A program made the position numbers and the translations under genes. A stretch of 64,000 nucleotides of DNA from Vicinamibacteria bacterium (GTDB lineage Bacteria; Acidobacteriota; Vicinamibacteria; Marinacidobacterales; Marinacidobacteraceae): contig CAXXLQ010000004.1 of the NCBI GenBank assembly GCA_963668695.2, forward strand, positions 3,776,001 to 3,840,000, written 5' to 3'. Of the stretch, positions 22,308 through 31,351 are shown piece after piece. The first letter of the stretch is position 1, and every line of letters begins with the position of its first letter. A model generated the notes under the pieces. The model saw only the letters and a program-made list of their open reading frames with translations. It was not told the DNA's origin and ran no database searches.

Positions 22308-22360
22308 TCTTGCACAGGATTTCCGTCGCATCAAGTCGGTCAACCCCAGGGGAAATGTGC

Positions 22361-22446
22361 GCGGGGTCGCCCGGCGGCAGGTGCAGACACGAGTCATGGA
22401 TCACCGACTATCGGTCACCGCCTCGGCGGGCCGCAGGACGGCGAGG
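22361..22446. repeat. Direct repeat copy 2
   Basis: Aligns to 15378-15463. Confidence 0.85.
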
Positions 22447-22554
22447 CCATCGGTTCCCCCGGCCACGTACGGTTGGGCCAGCACCTGCCGCAGAGTGTCC
22501 TCCTCGTTGTTCCAGTCGATGACGATGCCGCGGCCCTCCTGCTCCAGGACCACG
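22446..22554 (-). pseudogene. D-aminoacylase remnant 2
   Basis: 109 bp matching 31733-31841 (VVLEQEGRGIVIDWNNEEDTLRQVLAQPYVAGGTDG) with three substitutions. Confidence 0.9.
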
Positions 22555-22633
22555 GGAATCCAGACCGCCAGACCCGTAACTTCAACAATCATCGAAAGAT
22601 ACATTCTGAGACCCTTTGACGTAACGTCCGGGT

Positions 22634-23911
22634 CTAGCCTGAATCCGTCGCCAACTCCTCTCGTGCATCCACCAGCGGGCGTGGATCGTCGGGGATGGTC
22701 CCGGGGGGAACCACCTCCACGACCGGCCGGATCTTCACCGCCTCCTGGATGCGCCCGGCCAGCCCGGCAGTGTCGACCACGCGGCCGGGTACCGCCTCGA
22801 CCCGCACGGTGAAGACGTCCCGCGCGCCTTCGGCGGACACCACCGCCTGGTAGCGCGCCACGGCCGGGTCGAGCCCCAGGGCCCCAGCCACCTCGCGTGG
22901 GTGCACGAACATTCCCCGCACCTTCACCCCCTCCCCCACCCTGCCCAGGAAGCCCGCCAGGCGGGGGTCGGGGCGGCCGCAGGGGCAGCGCGCGCGCTTC
23001 CAGGCGGAAAGGTCGCCGGTGCCGAAGCGCACCAGCGGGTAGACGTCGTTCGGGCTGGTGACCACCACCTGCCCCGTCGCCCCCTCTGCGGCCGGGCGGT
23101 CGTCTCCGGGCACCAGCACCTCGACCACCACCTGCGGTGCGACGTGCCATCCGTCCTTCTCGGCGCACTCGTACCCTAGCAACCCCGTGTCGGCTGCCGC
23201 GTAGGCCTGGTAGACGTCCACCCCGAAGCTGTCCTGGAGGCGGGCGCGTAGCGAAGGCGGCAGCGGCGCGCCCGACACCAGCGCGCGTTTGAACCCAAGA
23301 GCTTGGCCCGACTCCTCCGCCCGCTCGAGCAGGGTCAGGAGGAACTGGGGGGTGCCGGTGTACGCGGTCGCACCCACGGCACGGGCCGCCTCGATCTGGG
23401 CGGCGGCCGCGCCCACACCTCCCGAAATCACCACGCACCCGGCGGCACGCAGTCCCCCGTCAAGCATCAAGCCGCCCGGCGTCAGGTGGTACGAGAAGCT
23501 GTTGAGCACCACCTCGCCGGGACGGAAGCCAGCCACCTCGAGAGCCGCGCCCAAGCGCCAGAAGTCCGCGCCGGTCCCCTGCGGGTCGTTGATCGGCCCC
23601 GGCGAGCGATAGATGCGCGCGAGCGATCGGAGAGACACCGCAAGCATCCCCCCCAGGGGCGGATCGGCGGCCTGAAGCGCGGGCAGTTCGTCCTTGGTCA
23701 GAACCGGAATCGCCCGCAGATCGGCGACGCCGCCCACATCCTCCGGCGCAACCCCGGCCCGCGCGAGCCGCCGTCCGATCTCGCGGCTGTGCTCCGCCCC
23801 GTATGAGACCGCGCGAGCCGCGACCAGGTCCTGAAGCGCGCTCCAGTCCTCGGACGCCTTCCGCAGGGAGCCGCCGCCTGATGACGCTCGCGCTCCCCTT
23901 ACGACAGCCAC
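22634..23911 (-). CDS. Phenylacetate-CoA ligase (PaaK)-like AMP-binding protein
   Basis: IPVLTKDEL, RIYRSPGPINDP, YTGTP-x-FL, YPLVRFGTGDLS, KVRGMFVHP; start uncertain. Confidence 0.8.
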   Translation of the reverse strand: MAVVRGARASSGGGSLRKASEDWSALQDLVAARAVSYGAEHSREIGRRLARAGVAPEDVGGVADLRAIPVLTKDELPALQAADPPLGGMLAVSLRSLARIYRSPGPINDPQGTGADFWRLGAALEVAGFRPGEVVLNSFSYHLTPGGLMLDGGLRAAGCVVISGGVGAAAAQIEAARAVGATAYTGTPQFLLTLLERAEESGQALGFKRALVSGAPLPPSLRARLQDSFGVDVYQAYAAADTGLLGYECAEKDGWHVAPQVVVEVLVPGDDRPAAEGATGQVVVTSPNDVYPLVRFGTGDLSAWKRARCPCGRPDPRLAGFLGRVGEGVKVRGMFVHPREVAGALGLDPAVARYQAVVSAEGARDVFTVRVEAVPGRVVDTAGLAGRIQEAVKIRPVVEVVPPGTIPDDPRPLVDAREELATDSG

Positions 23912-24765
23912 CGCTTCCGCCGCCGATAGTGCTTCACGTCCCGGTACGACCGGCGTCCCCCATCGCCCAGTCCCAAATAGAACTCCTTCACGTCCTCGTT
24001 GGCCGAGAGCTCCTCCGCGTCGCCCTCGAGCACCACCCGTCCCCCCTCCATGATGTACCCGTAGTCGGCTACCGACAGGGCGATGCGGGCGTTTTGTTCT
24101 ACCAGGAGGATCGTGGTGCCCTCCTCGCGGTTGATGCGCTGTAAGGTTTCGAAGATCCTTTCCACGAGCCTCGGGGCCAGCCCGAGCGACGGCTCGTCGA
24201 GCAGCATCATCCGCGGGGAGGCCATAAGCGCCCGGCCCAGCGCCAGCATCTGCTGCTCGCCGCCGGAGAGGTAGCCCGCCAGCTGTCCCCGACGCTCCGC
24301 GAGCGCCGGAAAGTAGTGGTACACCTTGTCCGTTTCGGCCTCGACGGCGCGCCGGGTGCCGCGCGTGTATCCCCCCGCGAGCAGGTTCTCGCGCACGGTC
24401 AGATGCTCGAAGACCCGCCGACCCTCCAGGACCTGGAAGATGCCCTTCTCCACGATGCGGTGGGCGTCCATCCCCTGGATCTCCTCGCCGTCGAAGACGA
24501 TGGTCCCGTCCCTGACCTCGCCATCCTCCACGTAGAGCAACCCGGAGCTGGCCTTGAGGGTCGTGGTCTTGCCCGCGCCGTTAGAGCCGAGCAGGGCCGC
24601 GATCTGTCCTTCGGCCACCCGCAGCGACAACCCCCGCAGCACGAGGATCACATCATCGTAGAGAACCTCGATGTTGTTGAGGCTCAGGAGCGGTGTCGCG
24701 TCCGCGCCCGGCTGGCCATTCGGGGCTCCCGGGACGGCTTCCCCGCCGGCGGAGACATCCGTCAT
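23899..24765 (-). CDS. LIV-type ABC transporter ATP-binding protein (LivF-like)
   Basis: GSNGAGKTT, LSGGEQQML, LLDEPSLGLAP, LLVEQN; ATG overlaps the upstream stop. Confidence 0.92.
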   Translation of the reverse strand: MTDVSAGGEAVPGAPNGQPGADATPLLSLNNIEVLYDDVILVLRGLSLRVAEGQIAALLGSNGAGKTTTLKASSGLLYVEDGEVRDGTIVFDGEEIQGMDAHRIVEKGIFQVLEGRRVFEHLTVRENLLAGGYTRGTRRAVEAETDKVYHYFPALAERRGQLAGYLSGGEQQMLALGRALMASPRMMLLDEPSLGLAPRLVERIFETLQRINREEGTTILLVEQNARIALSVADYGYIMEGGRVVLEGDAEELSANEDVKEFYLGLGDGGRRSYRDVKHYRRRKRWLS

Positions 24766-26102
24766 CGCGGCGCCTGGACGAAGTCCGTGAACGGCACCCA
24801 CATCCCTCCCTCGACCCGGAAGATGCGGAGCCCCTTCGACCCGCGGTGATCCGTGGGAGTGAAGGTCACGGGCGCGGTGACCCCCCCCATGTCGTAGTCG
24901 GACAACGTCTCCAGGGCAGACTTGATATTCGCCCCGGTGAAATCCTCGCCCGCAGCGAGCACCCGCCGCATGCCCTCGGCGAACGCCGCGAAGGTCCACC
25001 ATCCCTGCGTGTACGCGTTGGTCTTCCCCTCGGGGGATTCGCCCTTCGATTCCAGATACTCCCGGATGACGCGCGTTCCCGGCACGTCCACGCTCAGGGG
25101 CGCGTACGGCATCGTCCCCATGACACCCTCGGCCGCGTCGCCGGCTAACCGGATCACCTGGGCGTTGGAACACCAGTTCAGACAGAAGAAGGTGACGTCC
25201 AGCCCCAGACTGCGCGCGTTCTTGAGAGCCACCGCCGCCGGCCCCGAAGTGTTCTGAAAGACGACGTATTGTGCGCCACTCTGGCGGATGCGCGAGAACT
25301 CGGCGGTGAAGTCGACCGCCCCGCGGGGCATTTCGTAGAGGGTCAGGTCGATGCCCAGCGCCTCTGCGAACTCCGCCCCGCCATGCCGCGCCGGCGACAG
25401 CCCGAAGGGACTCGCGTGGTGCATCAGCGCGACGACGGGCGTCCCCTCGCCGTGGTTCTCGGCGATCCATTCGAGGGCGATGCGAAACTGGTCGCTGTAG
25501 GTCGTGGCCAGCAGGAAATTGTAGGGAGCCTCCGCCGGGTCGCCCAGGCGATGCGAGAGGGACGCGGAACTGAACGGGATCTCGTCCTCGGCGATGCGCA
25601 ACCGCAGGGCCTCGGTGTCGCCCGTGCCCCATCCCATGAAGATCACCGCGCCCTCGCCGACGAACTGGCTGTACAGCTGCTCGGCGCGGTCGACCTGGTA
25701 GCCGTAGTCCTGGTAGATGAGGTCGATCGGGCGCCCCTCGATGCCGCCCTGACTGTTGATCCAGTCGGCGAAGCCGCGCACGCCGTCGCCGTAGTCGGTC
25801 CCGACGTCGGCCGTGGGTCCGGTAAGGTCGAAGATCGCGCCGACCTTGATGCTGTTGTCGTCCGACTCCGCGCCGCCGCCACCGCAGCCGACGCACAGGG
25901 ACATGGTGGCGCCGAGCGCGACCGCCCCGTCCATCCGCGCCCGCACGCGACGGCCGATGCTCCGAGCCGCAATCGCGGTGCCCATCCTCGCCCGCTGACG
26001 CCTAGAGGTCACGCGAAGGGCCGCCGCCACCAGGCGATTCCGCATGCCTGTCGTGTCACTCATCTCTTTTTTTGATCCTTCACTCATCTTGCTCGTCTTC
26101 AC
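24762..26102 (-). CDS. LIV-type ABC substrate-binding lipoprotein
   Basis: IKVGAIFDLTGPTA...WINSQGGIEGRPI, GWGTGDT, PYNF. Lipobox-like CVGC; the true start is probably downstream of 26102. Confidence 0.85.
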   Translation of the reverse strand: MKTSKMSEGSKKEMSDTTGMRNRLVAAALRVTSRRQRARMGTAIAARSIGRRVRARMDGAVALGATMSLCVGCGGGGAESDDNSIKVGAIFDLTGPTADVGTDYGDGVRGFADWINSQGGIEGRPIDLIYQDYGYQVDRAEQLYSQFVGEGAVIFMGWGTGDTEALRLRIAEDEIPFSSASLSHRLGDPAEAPYNFLLATTYSDQFRIALEWIAENHGEGTPVVALMHHASPFGLSPARHGGAEFAEALGIDLTLYEMPRGAVDFTAEFSRIRQSGAQYVVFQNTSGPAAVALKNARSLGLDVTFFCLNWCSNAQVIRLAGDAAEGVMGTMPYAPLSVDVPGTRVIREYLESKGESPEGKTNAYTQGWWTFAAFAEGMRRVLAAGEDFTGANIKSALETLSDYDMGGVTAPVTFTPTDHRGSKGLRIFRVEGGMWVPFTDFVQAPR

Positions 26103-26114
26103 TCATCGCGCTCT

Positions 26115-27188
26115 TCAGCCGGCCCGGCTCTCGCCGCGCCGGTACGCAAACGGCCACATATGAAAGTAGTCTTTTGCGTTCTCCCATAGTTTGGACAGTC
26201 CCCGGGGCTCGAAGATCAGGAAGAGGATAATCACGACCCCGAACACGGCCTGCTGCGCATAGGGGAGGAGGGACGCCGCCTGGGGCGCGATATCCTGGAT
26301 GGTCCGGCCCAGGTTGGCGATCATCGCCGGGAGCAGCGTGATCAGCGCCGCCCCCAGGAACGATCCTCGGATCGAGCCCAAGCCTCCCACGATGATCATC
26401 GCCAGAAAGACAATGCTGGTGCTTAGCGTGAAGCGCTCCCAGGTGATGATGTTGCGGTAGAAGGCGATCATCGCCCCGGCGAGCCCCACGAAGAACGATG
26501 AAGTCGCGAAGGCCAGCAGCTTGGTGCGGAAGACGTCCACCCCGATGACGCTCGCCGCGGTGTCCTGGTCGCGCACGGCCTCGAAGGCGCGTCCGATGCG
26601 GCTGCGGAAGAGGTTGGCCGCGAAGAGCGCGGTTCCGGCTGCCGTGAGCACCGCGAGCCAGTAGAAGTTGAAGTTGCTGTTCAGGCCCAGGCCGAAAAGA
26701 CGTGGCGCGGGCAGAACGATCGCCTCGGTACCGCCCGTCACCGCGGTCCAGTGGGTCATGCCCCACTCCACGATCTCCTGGGCGGCAAGCGTGGCGATGG
26801 CCAGGTAGAGCCCTTTGAGCCGGAGCGACGGGAGCCCGAAGAAGGTGCCCGCGGCGGCGGTGACAATGCAGGCGCAGAACACGCTCGCGCCCCAGGGGAC
26901 GCCGAAGTTCAGGGTCAGGAGTCCCGCGGTGTATGCCCCGATCGCCATGAAGGCGCCCTGCCCGAGGGAGATCTGCCCGGTGTAGCCCACGAGGATGTTC
27001 AAGCCGATTGCCCCCACCGTGGCAATGGCCACCTGGTTCGCCAGATCTAACCAGTAGGGACTGGCCACGAACGGAAACACGAGTACGAAGAGGGCGAAGA
27101 CCCCCAGCCGGATGCGCTGGGCGGGCCGCGGGCGGAGACCCATGTCCGACTCGTAGCGCGTGTGGAAGACGCCGCACTCCATGCTCAT
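26115..27188 (-). CDS. LIV-type ABC permease (LivM-like)
   Basis: GLNILVGYTGQISLG, LRLKGLYLAIATLA, GRAF-x-AVRD, IIVGGLGSI. Confidence 0.92.
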   Translation of the reverse strand: MSMECGVFHTRYESDMGLRPRPAQRIRLGVFALFVLVFPFVASPYWLDLANQVAIATVGAIGLNILVGYTGQISLGQGAFMAIGAYTAGLLTLNFGVPWGASVFCACIVTAAAGTFFGLPSLRLKGLYLAIATLAAQEIVEWGMTHWTAVTGGTEAIVLPAPRLFGLGLNSNFNFYWLAVLTAAGTALFAANLFRSRIGRAFEAVRDQDTAASVIGVDVFRTKLLAFATSSFFVGLAGAMIAFYRNIITWERFTLSTSIVFLAMIIVGGLGSIRGSFLGAALITLLPAMIANLGRTIQDIAPQAASLLPYAQQAVFGVVIILFLIFEPRGLSKLWENAKDYFHMWPFAYRRGESRAG

Positions 27189-27285
27189 CGGGATGTCCTC
27201 GCGCCCCTCGGGCGCTCCCCGGCTGCGACCGCGATGCGCCTACATCGGGTGAGCGCCGCCCGTCGGTCGATGCTCTGCGCTGTCC

Positions 27286-28158
27286 TCATACCCGTTCGAT
27301 GATCTCCTTTCCGAAGAGGCCGTAGGGCCGGATCATGAGCACCAGGATCAAGACCAGGTACGGGACCACCAGGTTGAGTCCGTGCCCCACGTAGAAGCCG
27401 ATGTAGACCTCGAGCAGCCCGATGATGGCGCCCCCGACCAACGCCCCCGCAATCGAGTCCAGCCCTCCGAGGATCACCACGGGAAAGACCCGCAGACCGA
27501 TGGATGCCACGTTGGGGCTCACTCCCACGATGTTGCCGAGCATGATCCCGCCGATCGCGGCGGAGGCGGCCGCCAGCCCCCAGGCAACTCCAAAGACGCG
27601 TGGGATGCTGATCCCCATGCTGAGCGCCGCCTGCTGGTCGTCGGCGATGGCGCGCATGGCGATGCCGTCCCGGGTGTAGCGGAAGAAGAGCCCCAGCCCC
27701 GCCAGCACCGCGAGGGCGATGGGAATGGAGAGCACTCGCCCGGTCGAGAGCGTCGCGGGCCCGAGCACGATGTCGCCAGCGGGCAGAAACGAGTCGAACG
27801 CGCGCGGATTCGGGCCCCAGATGGCGTTGATGGCCCCCCTGAGGACGGACGAGAGCCCGATCGTCACCATGATCATGGAGATGATGGGCTCGCCCACCAG
27901 GGGACGCAGCACCAACCGCTCGACGGCGAGCGCCACGGCGACCGCGAGGAGCAGCGTCACCAGCACCCCGAGGCTCCAGGGCAGGCCGGACTGGGTCACC
28001 GCGAAGAAGATCAGGTAGGTCCCCAGCAGGAGCAGGTCTCCCTGGGCGAAGTTGATGACATCGCTCGCCTTGTAGATGACCACGAAGCCGGCCGCCGCCA
28101 GCGCGTAGATCATCCCGGTGCTGAGTCCGGATACCGTCAGCTGGAGAAATATGTCCAT
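27286..28158 (-). CDS. LIV-type ABC permease (LivH-like)
   Basis: INFAQG, MRAIADD-x-x-AA-x-x-MGI, VILGGLDS, RPYGLFG; ATG at 28158. Confidence 0.92.
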   Translation of the reverse strand: MDIFLQLTVSGLSTGMIYALAAAGFVVIYKASDVINFAQGDLLLLGTYLIFFAVTQSGLPWSLGVLVTLLLAVAVALAVERLVLRPLVGEPIISMIMVTIGLSSVLRGAINAIWGPNPRAFDSFLPAGDIVLGPATLSTGRVLSIPIALAVLAGLGLFFRYTRDGIAMRAIADDQQAALSMGISIPRVFGVAWGLAAASAAIGGIMLGNIVGVSPNVASIGLRVFPVVILGGLDSIAGALVGGAIIGLLEVYIGFYVGHGLNLVVPYLVLILVLMIRPYGLFGKEIIERV

Positions 28159-28220
28159 GCTCAGCGGCCTCGAGCTCGCCCAAACGGTTCGCCGTATGCG
28201 ATGCGGCGGTTCGTCATCAA

Positions 28221-28417
28221 CAGCCTTTGGAGAAAGTGGCGTGAGCACCGAGAACGGCGAGGCGCCTGGCTGACAAGGCGCGTGAGGGAGGAATACCGAG
28301 TGTATTCCGACCGAAACGCAACGATGAGGGCCGCGCAGCGCCAGTTCTCCCGGTGGGGGGCCGTTTCAGCCGGGATGCATCGCCGTTCGAATGCCGCGTG
28401 ACTTTCTCCACAGGCTG
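28221..28417. mobile_element. MITE (subfamily A)
   Basis: TIR CAGCCTTTGGAGAAAGT / ACTTTCTCCACAGGCTG; flanks TCAA/TTAA at the acyl-CoA ligase stop. Confidence 0.85.
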
Positions 28418-30340
28418 TTAACCCGTTCCGTCCATCGTCTGGATGCGAAGCTCGTGCTTCACCGCCGCTGTGCGGCCGTCCTGATAGGTGATCTCGGTCG
28501 CCACCGCAACCGAATCGCCGTCTCCCTGCAGGGCGCCGATAATGTCCGCGAAGCGGCCGGCGATGTGGCGGCGCCTCACCTTGCGAGTGCGGGTCAGCTC
28601 CGCATCATCCGCGTGAAGCTCCTTGTGCAACAGCAGGTAGCGGTGGATGCGCGCCGCGGGTGGGAGCTCCTCGTTCACCTTGGCCACCTGCTCGCGCACC
28701 AGGTCGTACACCTCGGTACGGCGGGCCAGGTCGGTGAAGGTCGTGTAAGGAATGCGGCGGCGCTCCGCCCATTGTCCGGCATTCTCCATGTCGATGGCGA
28801 TCATCGCGGTTACGAACGGGGCCCCTGATCCTCCGAAGACCACCGCCTCGCCGACGTAAGGGCTGAACTTGAGTTTGTTCTCGACGAACTGCGGGGAGAA
28901 GTTGCTCCCGTCCGCGAGCCTCATCACGTCGGCCAGGCGATCGATTACGACCAGGTGGCCGTTATCGTCGAAGTAGCCCGCGTCGCCCGAGTGCAGCCAG
29001 CCGTCCTCGAGCGTCTCCGCCGTCGCCGTGGGGTTGCGGAAGTAGCCCTGAAACACAGCGGGGCTCCTGCAGAGGATCTCTCCCTGCTCCGAAATGCGGA
29101 TCTCGGTGCGGGGCAGCGGCACGCCCACCGTCTGGAAACGGATGTCGTCGTCCCGGTGAACCGCGGAGATCCCGGACACCTCGGTCTGGCCGTAGAGCTG
29201 CTTCAGGTTCACCCCGATGGCGTGGTAGAAGCGAAAGACATCGGGGCCGAGCGCGGCGCCTCCGGTGTAGGCGCGCCGCACCCTGGCGAGTCCCAACTGG
29301 TCGCGGACGGGACGGAACACCATCCAGTCGGCCAGTCGGTGGCCAACTCTCCGGGCGAAGCCGACTCTCCAGCCCTGGACGCGGGCTTCGGCACTGGCGA
29401 CGCCCTGCTTCATCGACCAACGGTAGATCCAGCGCTTGAGGCGGGTGGTGTCTTCGGCCATGACCTGCACGTCCGAGACCATGTTCTCCCAGATCCGGGG
29501 CGGTGACATCAGGAAAGCCGGCCCGATCTCGCGTGTGTCCTTGCGCGCGGTCGCCGTCTCCTCCGGGAAGTTCACCGTGAATCCCGCCAGCAACCCGCTC
29601 GCCACCGCCACCATCTGCTCGCCGATCCACGCGAGCGGAAGGAACGACACAAATTCGTCGTCCGCGTGCATCGCATCCACGCTCTCGAGCTGCGACGCCA
29701 TGGCGAGCAGGTTCTCGTGCGAGAGCATGGCCAGCTTCGGGACGCTGGTCGTGCCGGAGGTCGTACAGAGCAGCGCGATGTCGCCGGGCTGGACCGCTGC
29801 CAGCCTGCGGTCGAACTCCTCGGGCGATCGGCCATGAAGTCGGTCGCCCAGCGCTTCGACCTCCTCGAAGGAGATCAAACCTGGCGCCTGGTAGCCGAAC
29901 ATGCCGCGCGGCTCGTAGTAGACGATGTACTCGAGCCCGGGCAGCCGTTCCCGCACTTCCAGCACCTTGTCGACCTGCTCCTGATCCTCGGCCACGATGA
30001 CACGCGCCTCGGCGATCTCCAGCATGCGGGCAAGTTCGTCGGCGATGGCATCCTGATAGAGCCCCAGGGGGAGAATGCCGGCGGTCTGGGAGGCCAGCTC
30101 CGCGATCACCCACTCCGGTCGGTTGTCCCCGATGATCGCGACCCGGTCGCCTTCTTCCACGCCCAACTCCGTCAGCCCGAGTGAGAAACTCCGCACCCGC
30201 GCCAGGTACTCCGCCCAGGTGATCTCCTGCCAGATCCCGAACTCCTTCTCACGCAGCGCAACGTCGCCAGGACGGCTCGCGGCGTGATTCGCGAGGAGGG
30301 CGGGCAGGGTCTCGATCACGGTGAGTCCTCGTCGCGGCAT
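28418..30340 (-). CDS. Long-chain acyl-CoA synthetase (AMP-binding)
   Basis: TTSGTTSVPK, SFLPLAWIGE, YGQTE, GWLHSGDAG, IDR, ELTRTRKVRR; start chosen at ATG 30340. Confidence 0.9.
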   Translation of the reverse strand: MPRRGLTVIETLPALLANHAASRPGDVALREKEFGIWQEITWAEYLARVRSFSLGLTELGVEEGDRVAIIGDNRPEWVIAELASQTAGILPLGLYQDAIADELARMLEIAEARVIVAEDQEQVDKVLEVRERLPGLEYIVYYEPRGMFGYQAPGLISFEEVEALGDRLHGRSPEEFDRRLAAVQPGDIALLCTTSGTTSVPKLAMLSHENLLAMASQLESVDAMHADDEFVSFLPLAWIGEQMVAVASGLLAGFTVNFPEETATARKDTREIGPAFLMSPPRIWENMVSDVQVMAEDTTRLKRWIYRWSMKQGVASAEARVQGWRVGFARRVGHRLADWMVFRPVRDQLGLARVRRAYTGGAALGPDVFRFYHAIGVNLKQLYGQTEVSGISAVHRDDDIRFQTVGVPLPRTEIRISEQGEILCRSPAVFQGYFRNPTATAETLEDGWLHSGDAGYFDDNGHLVVIDRLADVMRLADGSNFSPQFVENKLKFSPYVGEAVVFGGSGAPFVTAMIAIDMENAGQWAERRRIPYTTFTDLARRTEVYDLVREQVAKVNEELPPAARIHRYLLLHKELHADDAELTRTRKVRRRHIAGRFADIIGALQGDGDSVAVATEITYQDGRTAAVKHELRIQTMDGTG

Positions 30341-30386
30341 GAAAGCGCCCGGCTCTCGCCGCTCGCGACCTCGCGCGAGATTCGGC

Positions 30387-31247
30387 TCACGACCGTACAT
30401 CCGTCGGTCTCCCGGCGCCCCCTGCGCCCGCCAGTTCCCGGGTGTCGGCCGCTCTCCTGCCCAGGTAGGCATCGATGACCGCAGGGTCGTCCCGGACCTC
30501 ATTCGGACTCCCCTGCGCAATCCGGCGCCCGAAATCCAGCACCACGACCCGGTCCGCGATATCCATGATCACGTCTATGTCGTGGTCGATGACCACCACG
30601 GTAACGCCCTGCTCCTCGTGAACGTCGAGGATGAACCGCGCCATCGACTCTTTCTCCTCGGCGTTCATCCCGGCCGTTGGCTCGTCCAGGAGGAGGATGT
30701 GCGGATCGAGCGCCAGAGCGCGCGCCATCTCCACCAGCCGCTGGTTTCCGTAGGCCAGATTCCCCACCACGGCGCTCCGCAGCGGCTCCAGGTTCATGAA
30801 GTCGATGACCTGCTCCACGTACTTGCGGTGCTCGATCTCCCAGCCGCGCTGGCGGCCCAGGTACAGGCCGCCGCTGAGCACGCCTCCCTTCATGTGCACG
30901 TGGCGGCCCAGCATCAGGTTCTCAAGCACCGTCATGTGCTTGAAGAGCTCGATGTTCTGGAAGGTGCGCGCGACGCCCAGCTCCGCGATGCGGTGCGGCG
31001 CGAGTCGGTGGAGCGCGTGCCGCGCCCCATCGCGGCCGGTCAGGGTGATGCTTCCCTCCTGCGGGCGATAGAGGCCGGAGACGCAGTTCAGGACGCTGGT
31101 CTTCCCCGCCCCGTTGGGCCCGATGAGGGCCAGCAGCTCGCCGTCCCGCACGTCCATCGTGAGATCCGAGAGTGAGGTCACGCCCCCGAAGCGGAGGGTG
31201 ACGCCCGAGAGTTCAAGGATGGAGTGCTCTCCGGCGGCCGGTTTCAC
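30387..31247 (-). CDS. LIV-type ABC transporter ATP-binding protein (LivG-like)
   Basis: GPNGAGKTS, ARTFQN, LLLDEPTAGMN, VIDAYLG; start chosen at GTG 31247. Confidence 0.9.
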   Translation of the reverse strand: MKPAAGEHSILELSGVTLRFGGVTSLSDLTMDVRDGELLALIGPNGAGKTSVLNCVSGLYRPQEGSITLTGRDGARHALHRLAPHRIAELGVARTFQNIELFKHMTVLENLMLGRHVHMKGGVLSGGLYLGRQRGWEIEHRKYVEQVIDFMNLEPLRSAVVGNLAYGNQRLVEMARALALDPHILLLDEPTAGMNAEEKESMARFILDVHEEQGVTVVVIDHDIDVIMDIADRVVVLDFGRRIAQGSPNEVRDDPAVIDAYLGRRAADTRELAGAGGAGRPTDVRS

Positions 31248-31276
31248 GGCTCGGTTCCTGCCCACGGGATCATTAA

Positions 31277-31305
31277 CAGCCTGTGGCAAAACTCACGCGG
31301 CCCAG
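31277..31305. mobile_element. Isolated/truncated MITE end
   Basis: TTAA followed by CAGCCTGTGGCAAAACTCACGCGGCCCAG; no matching second end found. Confidence 0.55.
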
Positions 31306-31351
31306 CGGGGTGGCGCACCCCGGCCCGCAGGGCCGCGGAATCTACGCCGGA

